From Trichoplax adhaerens (taxonomy: Eukaryota; Animalia; Placozoa): a DNA stretch of 64,000 bases. Shown here piece by piece: positions 1 through 13,015 of the stretch. Where the stretch lies: positions 5,351,454 through 5,415,453 of the forward strand of contig NW_002060946.1 of assembly GCF_000150275.1 (NCBI RefSeq), given 5' to 3'. The position numbers and the translations under genes were made by a program. Below the pieces are notes generated by a model. That model was not told the DNA's origin. It searched no databases and saw only the letters and a program-made list of their open reading frames with translations. Position 1 is the stretch's first letter, and the number at the start of each line of letters is the position of its first letter.

Positions 1-3000
1 TGTCAACCCTAACTTCTTAAAATTTTCCGAAACTGCTACTTAGGAACTAGCGGAAGTTATTGGCAGTTCCAGTGCTGTAGCTGTAAAAAAAGCATTTTAA
101 CAAAACATAATATTAATCGCCTATATTGGTGCCACAAGTGTGCTGTAATGGAAAGCTGTCATGCTCATTTGATTTTTACAAGGAATTATATTGTCTGGTG
201 GGTTATCGTGTAAGGTTTGTCTGAAGATATCGTTTCCATTAACTGCCGTATCGAAATTAACAACGAAAGGTTTATAGCTTTACGAGCAGGCTACGTAAAT
301 TTAATATACCGCTTTTATAACTTTTACCATAATGTATAGTGTATTATGCAGTCGTAATATACTATACTGCTATTCCTTGTCTACCAAATATCCAATGTGG
401 AATCAATAACTTTAGTCAACCCGAAATTTTAGCTTACGTATCACTTACTGCGAATCAGTTTAAATATTCATTTATGTTATGTATGATATAAGACCTCTGA
501 TGATCTTCTAAATAGATAGATTACTCTCATAAATTTTTGACATGGTATAGTAGAATAAATATCTAGTAAAATCATTCTCGATCAGTAACTGATATTAAAT
601 ATTCTGTAGCAAATTTTTGAGCGTCGGGTGAAAATTTGTTCATTGTATTTAAGCTATTTCAATTCCATAAAATTTCGTTATATTAAAACGTCGTTCTCTT
701 AAAAATGTCATAAGTTATCAATTGAATTACATTAATTTACTACGAATTAAACATCATCATTATTTATCGATTTTATCAGGTTGTTTTGATCGGTTGTACA
801 TGTACTTCTTACCAGCTGTATAACTGCATCAAATTGCTGTTAGGAGGCGTTTACTTCTCAGATTGAATTTTTTACCTTCCAATACTCAATTAGCTATTCA
901 TAGCTCATTAATAATTATAATGATTATTCCCATAAATTACCGTAAGAATTTAAACGAAATTGTGTGAATGATTATAAAAGTTATACTTGCATATAAATTA
1001 TTAGCTATCCAACTTCCTTATTTACTATTTATGGTACGGTCTATTAAGCCACATAATTTTTGTTGCATCAGAAGATGTATCGTATAATTGCATCTTAATT
1101 GTATATGGAATGGATAAGGGATGTTTCCGCTTAGACGGCTTTTGGACATTAACCTACAAAGGTTTGAACCCCATAATACTATCCTTCACGCTGTTACACA
1201 GCTACTTCCCAATTTGAAGTGACTCATTTCTGTACAGGATTGTGCGTTGTTCATAGTATTACCTTGTAGGTATGACTTCCGTTGGTGTTTGACATCGAAT
1301 TTGTTCTTTTATAAGCCATTTCTTAACATCTGTTTAATAAAAGTGTCTAATTGATTCATACATGTAACATATGATAAGTGATTATTTGTTATCAATTCCA
1401 GTAAAATATGCCTGATATACAATAATTTAAATTATAATGATATAAATTAATTATTTTATTAATAACTTAAGTGTACGCAACATACCGTATTTTATAAATG
1501 CTCATTATTTACGAAATGACTAAGTATAATTCCGAAATCAAGGGTTTGTGTAAGAACTTAGACACATGTATCCAATTTCAACATCATCCAGTATACCCTT
1601 AATATTATTGCTTTTATATGAATAGCTTAATTGCTCTAGAATGCAGAGAGATCAGATACTTTGTTGTGCAATAGAAATTGGGTAATTGAATATTGAACAT
1701 GATCATATCCAAGTACTGCTTATGTTATCGCTATACAATAAAGTAGGTGATTTAGAATAAAGTATTAGAAGGGTAGAAAATATAAATATTAATTAATACA
1801 TTACATTCTATTTCAAGCCGCTTTAATCAACTCTAAACGACCTACAAACGGAAACGAAATAAATAATAAATTTTTTCTTTAATTCGCAGAAATTTTTATT
1901 AACATTGAAATCAAACAGATCTTTAATATTTAAAGGTTTTGAATGCAACCTTAAATATAACAATTGATAAATAACTATCTGAGGTAGCAGCAATCACAAT
2001 TTCAAGAAATACACTAGTAAGAGCCGTTTATTATAATAGTGTATGCAAAAACGAATCAATCTTGATGTTAATTGATTGTAATTTCGATATGGCAAGTATT
2101 CTAATGATATGTTCGATATCCATTATACAGCGTACAGTAGAATAGTATTTGTAGGCTTTACTAGGCATTTAAAGAGATTTACTGATAAACAGCTAATCAT
2201 ATTTATTCTACGCTGGCTAATTCCAATCAATGAATGAAACTAGATAATTTTAAATGAGAAAAGGCCTCATTCATATTAATAGGAATGATGATGATGCAAA
2301 AAACTGAAAGATCGTATTGCACTTCCTTAATTATAGAAGTTAAGATTGATATGCAAATGAAGCAAAGTATAGTTCATATTTTGAGCTGATAGAAAGACTA
2401 CAGCAAACATACAATTCTAGAAAAGTAAAAATTGCATATAAGAATTTATAAAATAATGAAATCAACTTCTTGGCTAATTATTATGGTCGCCGTAATGATT
2501 ACATAATTAATTTTATTGTATGGATTCATATGTCTTAAAATTTAAGAAACACTCCATGAACTTCATGAACTCTAACGCCCGTAAAACAGGCAAAATGATA
2601 ATCATCGCATCATTAAAATAATGCTCGGCAAGTTAATTGATTAAATTTTATATTAGCTTTTGCAACGAATATCTATTAATTAAATTGATGATGTAGTTTT
2701 AATAAATTGCTATTCGACTTTATATTTGCGATTGTCGTATTAAGTACTTTAGTTAAGTGATTAAGAAATAATTTAATATACAGTACGAGTATAAATATAA
2801 TGTAAGACACTCTATCATATTAAATCCTATAAATCCTTTCATAACATCATATACAGTATATCCATAAATCCTTTTTTATTATGAAATAGTAAGTATTACA
2901 GATGTTATTTTGCACTATTGCATTAAAAAATAACTGTAATTCTATATGGCTAGTGTGTTGCTCTGTAATTATTCATAGCATCAGAGATAATTTATTATTT

Positions 3001-6000
3001 AAACGCATCCAACTTTATCGTTTAAAATATTGCTGAAACATCTCACAGGAGATAGACTTTGTTCTTAACAATGAATAAAATGTACCAGTTCCTGGTAACT
3101 TATATACCGTAAGATGTTGTCAATTTTTCTACAATATTCATTATCATCTACTACATTGTTTACATTTTGTGTAGTACTATAGTACATTATTGCTGCTGTT
3201 GTTAGTTATTCCACCTTAGACTATTTTGTATTATATAAATGAAAAATATGCGAGCAGCCAGTTGAGTTTAACGCGGTATTCATAACATCTATAGCTTTCA
3301 AAAATTACAATCGTAAATCTATTCGATAAATTACGAATTTAATCATTTTAGGCTGGCTATAGACTACCATAGGCTAAATTAGTTTAGTTCATAATGCACA
3401 AGTCTATTTCGTCTTACATAAAGTCACTTTTTCAGCAACTTTTCTATTGCGGAGGAAATTTTATGCGGTCATTATTTATTAAATCTATGATTATACCTGG
3501 ATATTATGGCATAAACTATAGTATTCTCTCGTATTTTTCTTGTTAATATACTCATCTGTTCCTGTTTGCTAATTTTTTCTATCTTTATGGAACTGCTACC
3601 AATATGTGAACGCCCGTAGATTTCTCGTTACAATGGTACATGGTCGATATTTTTGGGTCTTCTTCTATTTCGAACTACTTATCAAGAGTAATTCTCCGTG
3701 ACAGTTATGAACTTTTTCCTTAATTTCACGGCAGGAGTGCTTTGGAGCATCTCCTTATGCATAAACGATAAATAACGAACTCTCTTTATTATGAAAAGTA
3801 ACTCGCTTCTATCTACCTTCTATCTATATTTGCGAACAGTTACAATTTGTATATATATACATACGAAGAAATTAATATTAATAAACGATACGGCTGTCGT
3901 ATATTCTTAAATCAAGATTTATATCGTTTTATACTCTATTTTAAAATACGTTTCAGTGCACATATAACACGACGCAGTCATGATCAGAACACGATCTAAC
4001 CTTTGAGCTCTCTTTTAAATTAGGCATCTAACTAATTCACTTGACCTTACTAGAAAATGAATTAGTTTTATAATCTACAACTTAACGACAGCCTACCAAC
4101 TGTGTAACGATCAATACAATATATTTACACTTAACGTTGGCCCTTTTCGCGATGATAGGAACAAAAGGGTTTCATTTACATAAATGAAGTTAATAAAGCT
4201 ATCTTACAAATGATTAATTTCCTAGCTCACAAATAGATAAAATGATTATGTTTTCTACCTTTGTAATTGATATTCTTGCATTAGACTTACTATTATTAGT
4301 TCTAGCACCCATTGTTGTTTAATGTCTTGTAGTCCATTACAGCTTTATTTATGAACGAATAGATTTTTCATATATGTACAGCAGATTTTTACATAAACAT
4401 ATTATTATTTACATTTTCAAACACATATACATTTTATACCATACTAGGACAGTAACATGATTTTATTTTTAGTATTGGATCAAAGTAATCTGTTACTAGA
4501 CAAGGACACCTAGCTGCAATCTTAATATTTGATATAATCTGATGCTATGCATAGTAAAAACTACCAAAATATTAATACTGCTGAAGCCGGCTATTTGTAG
4601 TCATTATTTTGTAACTAATTTTATAATTTTAGTAATATACGTAAAAAGGAAATAACGATCATAAAAGTTAATTCTATCAAAATACTGCATTTTCTGCTTA
4701 TCTGTACATTAAAGTCTAAATTAAGTTATAATTTTACCCATGGATAGATTTGTAATCATTAATTTTATTCATTTTATACCAAAATTATCTATATAAATTA
4801 GTCTTAAGACATATGAGGTGGTCATCCTTTATCATCTTTATATTACAGCAAAGGGCTATTTACAATTTTAGATCTATCATTCTATGCTTTTAGCGCAGAT
4901 CAAAAATTATGCCTTATTGTTCTATTCATCGATATTAATAGGTATAAAAGCATTAGAGGTGTAACTAACTAAATCGATCCACCATTATTATGATAACCGA
5001 GGCTTGCAGCTAGAATTGATAATAATGGCGATTGTAAAAATTAATTAATGGATACTATATCTTAAATTGATGATGATGACGTTAATGGATAGAGTAAATA
5101 AACCTACTTGTAAATTGTTAACAGCTTTCTTTTTAAGCCGTACGATGTTCACTATTGATTCGTTTGTGTTAACATTCTAAAGAGAATTGTAAAATAAATT
5201 TAAAATTTAATTAGATATACTTTTTACCGCAAAATATCAATATTTGATAATGATGGGTTTGAGGTTCATTCTAATCAATAATATTTTGACGTATTGTAGC
5301 TGTTGAAAGAAATCGACATAAATTACTATCTTAACACTATTATTAAATTATGCAAAGTAAACATGATTCTTTACAATTGTTTTAATTAATATTAAATGCT
5401 ATCAAGCATTAAATTATTGAACCATTAATTATCAATTGAAGGTAGAAGTCACTTAATAAATCAAGCAGGACCGTAGCCTTTTAGAAATGTGATATCTATC
5501 TGATAACAAATACTCGCGGTGTAAAACTCTGACTGTTGGTCTGGAATTGAAAGTGAAGGTAGTTGTAGCTTGATAGTCATTTCAAAGCATTAATTATTAA
5601 GTACTTCAACCAACAAATAGCTTTGAATTTATAAGTATTTCGTTATCAAAATATTAGCGTTCCGTGAATGTTAATAATAGCGATAAAACTTTATAGGAAA
5701 ATTGGACTTGGGTTAGAATTGGCACAATTGAAATCGAAAACGCTTCAATGAAAAAATAAAATCCATTAAGATCCGTGTTATTGTCTTGCTTATGAAAACA
5801 GAAAAGCAAACAAGTCTTATACGCCTAGCTTCTGACAGTACCATAATATATTCAACTGCTTAATTAATACAAAATAGGACTATTACAAATGCACTCACAC
5901 GATCGAAATTTTATGGCTTAAATAATTATAACTTGATAGAATCCTATAAAAATTCCATTTACATACTGATAATATAGTCATCAATACGGAGTTGAACCAG

Positions 6001-8059
6001 CTTATGAATACAAAAGTGATAATGATGTAGCTAATAAAGAAAGTTCATTTTGTTTGTAGAAAAAATTTAAAACGATTAATTTATGCGGTGATGATAAGGT
6101 AAAGCAATACTACTTATAGCACAGTCAAAAAAATATTGACGAAACGCAATGACCCGTATTGAAGTCGTCCTAAAAGTTAAATACTTGTTCAATAGAAAAG
6201 AAACTCGATATTTCATATGCGTATACCGCAGTAGCTATCTACTTAAATCATTTCTAGATCATCACTGCCGGTTCAATGGTTAATTTTGATGGAGTAAATA
6301 AAATGTATTGCATCAATAATTGCATAATTAATATAGCAAAAGAGATATAGAGGAAAATAGAATAACACTTTCTGAAACCTGCTGACATTTCCAGACTATG
6401 CTTAAATATGCAATAGATCGAAATAAATCAATTAAGTTTGAAAAATAAATAGTAAGATTGGATTAATACGGTACTGTAATATTAAAATTTATGTTCGAAT
6501 GAAATGTTATTGGCGAAATTTTTAATTATACGCGTATTGCGCTTTCCATTTAATTAAATATTCAGATCGAGCATGATAGAAGATTGTTCGAGATGGTATA
6601 TGGGTAGTGAGAAAATTAACTGCTTTTCAGTTGGGAAGGATCTGAAGATAAATAAAATTTATAATACTAGTTTATGCAAGGAAAATCATAGCATTACTTT
6701 TTTGTAGAAAGGAAGCGATTATATTCAGCCATTTACATATAATCAATGTATCCTTTAAGATGGTTTTGATTACTTACAGAAAGGAGTAAGATCTTATAGA
6801 GCATGATAGAATAATGAAATCCCACTAGCAACAGAAATATTTGACTTTTTACATGGAAATTTACTGGCTAGGTGAATACTGAGCCCGTATAGAAATGCCG
6901 TGAAAATCAATTATTAGCTATATATCATCTTGTAGCAATTCTATCCAAAAGCGTAATTTGCCTTGTATCTAGTACTAATATAACTCTTTTACTTGTTTAC
7001 ATCATTGAATCAAATGAGCTTGACTTAAACAGTAAAACCGTTTTTCGAAATAAGCAGACAAGGTTCAAATTTCCAGACAGGATAAATAAATTATGGCTGG
7101 AAAGGGAATTATTATTATTATTATTATCCTTTAGTAATAATAATTACTAAATTATTAAAATTTAGCTATAAGCAGGAGTATTCTATAGAATGCATTATGT
7201 CTAGCAGATTCTTATTAAATCAAGCTGTAGAACCGGTTAGGTAGAGTGAGGAATTATTTAAACTTGATTTTGCATCAAATAAACTATTTCATAGACAATC
7301 ATAGTAAATCTTGATGCTAGCCATTTGAAATTTATATTCTAGGGAGTAAACAGCAAAAATACATTAAATTTAGCCACAGAAAATATAACATAATGAACTA
7401 ACTCACTATTAGCTTTACGTCAACAACACAATTATACTTTGAGGTATCATTGGTAACTACTTTAAATTGGGGATGTATAATATTTCAATATTGCTTGTAT
7501 AGGTAATACCTAGAATGATAGCAATCTTTTAATGGCTTCACAAAATGAACAATAAAAATAAAAATTAGACGGATGATTTCTTAGAATAGATCAGCATTAA
7601 AATCATTTCATTCCATCCCTTGTCGAGATACCACTGCTATCCTCATCCAATGCCTCCAGAAAATAAGTACTTTCTGTTAATGTAAATTTCGCTACGGAAT
7701 AAACATGACAGCGAATTAACTCTCAGTATCGATAACTCTATTAATATTAATTATCAGATATTATTAACAAAGAGTACAAATTAGAGCTTGTGTAGTTTTT
7801 AAATACTGTTTACAAGGGATAAAATATTAGATTGCAGTTAGTAAAATTTCATGAACGGCATAAAATTAACACTAAAGTAAACTTAGATCGATAATTCACT
7901 TGGAATGATTCAGCTGATAAACTGCTTCCAACTTACAATATGTCCTGACACTTTCTTGTGGTACTAATCAAACAGCTATCGAAAACAATATCTTTCCCCT
8001 TAGGCAATAATTAAGATAGAATTTTTAATCAGATTTTATTATTATTGGTTTCGGAAACA

Positions 8060-9930
8060 AACAACCTGGAAGCAGATTTCTATTTGGTTACGGATAAACT
8101 TCCATTCAGTTAACCGTTTACAGCATTAAATTAATTTATTGCTAACGTCTAGGGGCAGTAGACTGTTACGGATTTGTATTTATTTTATTATATTTGTTGC
8201 ACCATTGCAGGACAGAAAGGAAGAAATTATCCACCTCTGAAAAGAAAAATAAAGTATAGGCGTCTGCCTGGAAGTAGATTCTATTCGATTTTAGATAGCT
8301 TCGCATTCAGTTAATCTTTATGGCATTAAATCAATTATTATCACCTGGTACTAAACTGTTAAGGAATTGTATTTTATTACAGTCCTTTCGGTGCTGTTGT
8401 AGGTGTATAACAGGAATAGAAAAATAACGGAAATTATCCATCTATAAAAAGAAAAATAGGCCATGATTTTCACTCCGGAAGTAGATTCTATTCGATTATA
8501 GACAGTCTTGCTTCCTATTAACTCTTACAGTATTAAATCAATGACAAACGTCTAATAATATGAGACTGTGAAAATTATTACAATTTTATCCTAGGCGTCA
8601 TTATATAACCGATAAATAAAGAAATATCTAGCTATAAAAGGGAAAAAGAAGTCATAAACTTCGTCCTGGAAGTAGATTTATTTGATTTTAGGAAGCCTTG
8701 CATTCAGTTAACCATTACAGCATTAAGTCAATGAATAATATCTAGCAACAGTAAACTGTGAAAGTAATTGTAATCAGGTGCCATGACGTGTCCGAAAAAA
8801 CAAGAAATGAATTTCTGCCTGGAAGTAGATTCTATTTCTTTACCTTGTTGATAAGCAGGCGTTTAGTTAACTGTCACAGCATTAAATCAAAGACCATCAT
8901 GCCGTAAAGGTAAACTGTGCAGATAATTGCCTCCACCATACAATAAATATGTTACGACCGAAAAATAGGGAAATTATCCAGGTATAAAGATAAGCTGTAA
9001 ATTTTACTTACAGCATTACATCAATGACTAACATCTACTAATAGGAATTTGTGATGATGATATCATTATCATTATCCTAGGCGCCTTTACATGACTGAAA
9101 TTGGGTAAATTCTCCAGCTTTAAGTGGAAAATAAGCCGTGAATATCATCGTGAAAGTAGATTTTCTTCGATTATATATCATTATCGATAGCTTTGCATTG
9201 AATGAACTCTTACAGCATTTAATCAATGACTAACATAGAAGGAACAGTAGACTGTAAAGGGAATTACAATTATCCTAGGCGCAATCCCATAGTTCAAAAC
9301 TAGCGAAATCATCCCTCACCTAAATAACTAACTAAGCTGTGACTACAGCATTAAATGATTGACTAACATGGAGTAATCGTAAACTGGGAAGGCAATTGCA
9401 ATTAGACTGGCGCCATTGCATGATTTAAAAAATAGCGCAATCATCTAGCTTCTATATAAATAAGCTGTCAATACATCATTTCGATGTATGACCAAGATGG
9501 CAATTGCAATTATCCTATTCGCCATGGCATGACTGAAAAAAAGCGCAATTATCCAGCCTCGAAATAAATAAGCTGTAAATACAGCATTAAATGATTGACT
9601 AACATGGAGTAATCGTAAACTGGGAAGGCAATTGCAATTCTACTGGCGCCATTGCATGATTAAAAAAAAAATGGCGCAATCATCTAGCTTCCATATAAAT
9701 AAGCTGTCAATACATCATTTCGATGTATGACCAAGATGGCAATTGCTATTATCCTATTCGCCATTGCATGACTGAAAAAATAGCGCAATTATCCAGCCTC
9801 GAAATAAATAAGCTGTAAATACAGCATTAAATGAATGACTAACATGGAGTAACAGTAAAGTGTGAAGGCAATTCTAATTATTCTAGGCGCCATTTTCTGT
9901 CTTTAAAGAAAGACAGAAATTGTCCAGTGA
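8060..9930. repeat. Degenerate tandem (satellite-like) array, ~150-240 bp units
   Basis: The motif CCTGGAAGTAGATTCTATTCGATT...GCATTCAGTTAAC...TTACAGCATTAAATCAATGACTAACAT recurs at ~8065, 8267, 8475, 8665, 8818 and ~9150. Near-identical units start TACAGCATTAAATGA at 9344, 9580 and 9820 (236-240 bp period). Confidence 0.9.
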
Positions 9931-10019
9931 GCGATCCAAAAAATAATCATAGGCAATGACGCCTTCAGCAATTCAATCACACCACTGCGTCAGACTATGC
10001 GTGTGCGTGTGACACGGCG

Positions 10020-10481
10020 TAGGTCGTCCCTTCAAATTCATTGGATTCACTCTTACCCATGATAAGCTACTGACCTACTTGGAGGATCTTGCCGCATAAA
10101 ACCAAGTACAATCGGTGAAGTTGAGTGTAATAACTGTATGATTTAAGGTGACTTCAGTCAGGGACCTGCAAGTGGATATTCTTACCTCACCTTCAGTTGA
10201 AACTTTGCTATCACTATACAAGACTGACGCGTGGTCACATGATGACAAACTACAGTAGGTCATCCCTTCAAATTCATTGGATTCACTCTTACCCATAGTA
10301 AGCTACTGACCTACTTGGAGGATCTTGCCGCATAAAACCAAGTACAATCGGTGAAGTTGAGTGTAATAACTGTATGATTTAAGGCGACTTCAGTCAGGGA
10401 CCTGCAAGCGGATATTCTTACCAAACCTTCCAGTCGAAACTTTGGTATTCACTATGCAAGACTGACGCGTGGTCACATGAT
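10020..10481. repeat. Near-perfect direct tandem duplication, ~236 bp unit x2
   Basis: CCCTTCAAATTCATTGGATTCACTCTTACCCAT at 10028 and 10264; both units end AGACTGACGCGTGGTCACATGAT. Confidence 0.95.
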
Positions 10482-12521
10482 CAAGATCGGTTTGTTTTCC
10501 GTCATTGATAGAATCCTTTGAATGCACAATCGTAAAAAGGAAGTTCGAAGGTATTTTAATGACTATTCGGCGGTAAAAGATGGAGCCGAGACAGAGATTA
10601 TGAAGAGATTTTATCGTCATAGTTTCCTATTTTGCCTTAAAATAGGAACTTTTTCTCTTTATGATACAAGAATGCCATTGGTATCGATCTATGAAGGAAT
10701 GAAGTCCGCTAATCTCAGTCTTAGCTGTATTTTGTGACCATTTGAATTCATTTTTTACTTAGAATTCTTCCTTTGGTGTTAGTTCTACTATAACATAGAA
10801 TTGTTTCAATTGCTCGTTTAAGTAGCTATCGTGAACGAGTGTTGCAATAGAGAGAAAAGTGGAGTACTGTAAAAGTATAAATTGAGGCAACAGTGAAGAA
10901 ATGGCCAAAACATTTCATGCCGTGTTTGCCACAAGCAATACCACAGGAGTGACATTAAACTACCTAAATCCAATGAAGTATATCATCTGCAAATAACCTT
11001 AGTGAAGCATATACATCTATTGAGAATATTTTGTGGGATTTTCATCAATGCATGCAATACGTATAGAAAGCGACAACAATGTTAAATAGAAAATAGAGAA
11101 AATCTCAAAGTTCTTCTGCGTAATTATGGAAGGACTATTTCTATGCAATGCCGGTAGAAGAGCATCGATTAAAACCGGAATTACTCGCTAAGGCGACGCT
11201 TTTTAATTGAATGAAATAGTTAAACTTTCCTGTCTGCAAATAAACTGTCAGAGTAATTAATTGTAGAAATATCTATAGTAGATCAAGTTAGCCCATAACC
11301 AGTAAAGTATTTTACTAGAAATAAATTATATAATTATAATCAGCTTAACGACACGCACACGTGTGGTAGGTAGCAGTACGACGACGGATACATTCGAAAC
11401 AACTACTACTGTACTATACTGTGAACCAGTCTGAAATGATTTAAACTTTTTTTGGCCAGTCACGTAATTACAATCAATATTTGATGTATATCTAGATTAA
11501 GGTACTACTGTCATACGGTATTAACCGATATTTTTAATCTAGCATTATTAATGCAATGCAGGGACAGTTTTAGTCTCTGAATTTAATTTGCTCACAATAG
11601 CCGATTAGGCGCAATGAAATTAGAACCGAGAAAGAATAATGTTAACTTCATATTTTTATTCATTTTCAATATTTTGACGTTTAATGTTGTTCTATTGAAT
11701 AATCAACCAGACAGCATGTTAAAATTGGCGTCTATTGACGACGTTAGATTAGCAGTAAATATTATCAAGTGTAATATAGATATTGAATTCAATAAATATT
11801 TCATCGGTTAAAATTATAACACTTTGGAATAACAGAAATTTTCTAGTGTTGCTGATCATTTTGACATGTTGATTCCCTTTAACACAGGATTACGGCACAC
11901 GACTAACCATATTGTCGCATGCCTTGATAAATTGAAAATTAACGGATTAAAAATTAAATAGTATATTACTCAAGCATAAATGATGATCTTCGAATTAGAT
12001 ACAATGTGAAAAATCTTTTTAATTGAAAAATTAGATACATGGTATATAATTAAATAACAGAATTATTGGCCATAATATTACAGGAGTAAGTTTTAGAAGT
12101 AGGGATAATGAAAATATGCCTGAGCTGGCTACGAAAAGTGTTAGTATTGACGATCATAGTGAAAACTATGATACTAAATAAAAACTGTTCTGACGCAAGT
12201 GTTCGCTATGTATTACAGTTTGCTGCAATACAATGTATGATAGCGACTATAATATATAGCCATTTTCTCTTTATTACCGCCTCTTTTCACTTTCTGACAA
12301 GATTAGCCCGAGCACTAGTAATCAAATATCTCTTTCCATCCAGATATCAGAGAGGTAGGAGAAATGCTTTTGGGCATAAGCGTATCTTTTAAATTGGTCA
12401 CCGAAACCCTGTGATTTGCAGCCATTGCTAGCGCACACCATAGAATTTCTTCATCTCCACTGAAACAATTTTCTGCTGTAGACTGCCACTTGAGTTATAC
12501 GAGTAAGCTAGCATCCTTACT

Positions 12522-12770
12522 CTAATATAAAGAGGGAAATTCTTGAAAGATAGTGTAGTCAGCATAATATTTTCGTGGACTTTCTTCTGGAGCTTGCTTC
12601 TTGTTTTTTTCTAATTTAGACCTGATAGCATTCCAAAGCTTGTAAATTGCAGTTTTTCTTGGCAGAGTAGATGACATATAGGTTGTATCTTCGCTTTGAA
12701 CAGGATAATTTTGCTCTTGCGGTTGGGGAGCAATCACTTTTGAACAGATTGGGTGAAATTGTTTGGCCAT
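12522..12770 (-). CDS. Candidate single-exon 82-aa orphan protein (MAKQFHPICSK...YYADYTIFQEFPSLY)
   Basis: Real ATG in good context (caatATGG) and a natural-looking hydrophilic composition. TATAAATA lies at 12891-12898 (-) upstream and AATAAA at ~12270 (-) downstream. No recognised homology. Confidence 0.55.
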   Translation of the reverse strand: MAKQFHPICSKVIAPQPQEQNYPVQSEDTTYMSSTLPRKTAIYKLWNAIRSKLEKNKKQAPEESPRKYYADYTIFQEFPSLY

Positions 12771-12890
12771 ATTGCTGAAGTTTTAACTGCAGACGAAGTA
12801 GCAACAAAATAGCAAGGTATAATTAAATTGAGCTTTTCTCCGTAAATTGTTAAATGAATTTGTTATGGTGAAAATGAACCTGCGTTTACT

Positions 12891-12898
12891 TATTTATA
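12891..12898 (-). promoter_or_regulatory. TATA box for the 82-aa ORF
   Basis: Minus strand reads agTATAAATAagtaaac about 120 bp upstream of the ATG, with an initiator-like TCA shortly downstream. Confidence 0.5.
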
Positions 12899-12996
12899 CT
12901 CTTCGGCCGGTTCATTTAATTATGTAATTAATCACAATAGCAGTTCTTGATCGTCGATATCATCCACCTTACAAATGCTGCTCAACTCTCCGTACA

Positions 12997-13015
12997 GAAG
13001 TTTCCTGGAAACTTC
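12997..13015. promoter_or_regulatory. 19-bp palindrome containing a STAT GAS-type site (TTCCTGGAA)
   Basis: GAAGTTTCC-T-GGAAACTTC is a perfect inverted repeat around one base, ~100 bp upstream of the TATA box. Confidence 0.5.

Noticed and set aside
4-13. CAACCCTAAC as a telomerase RNA template or telomeric seed
   Set aside because: A single short match at the window edge, with no supporting structure; consistent with chance.
1-1330. Possible minus-strand exons (~1262-1329, ~812-835, ~185-243, ~1-80)
   Set aside because: Splice-like signals exist, but I could not build a stop-free, phase-consistent chain or recognise a product.
9960-10000. RNase P/MRP CR-V-like TCAGACTA
   Set aside because: No matching CR-I (GGAAnnTCTGA) motif or P4 pairing upstream.
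8060-10481. Repeat arrays read as CRISPR
   Set aside because: Whole units are duplicated with no unique spacers, the context is eukaryotic, and there are no cas genes. The same applies to 20.1-21.0 kb and 61.9-62.6 kb.
10075-10737. ORFs across the 236-bp duplication
   Set aside because: They arise from repeat sequence, the frames are not conserved between copies, and there is no homology.
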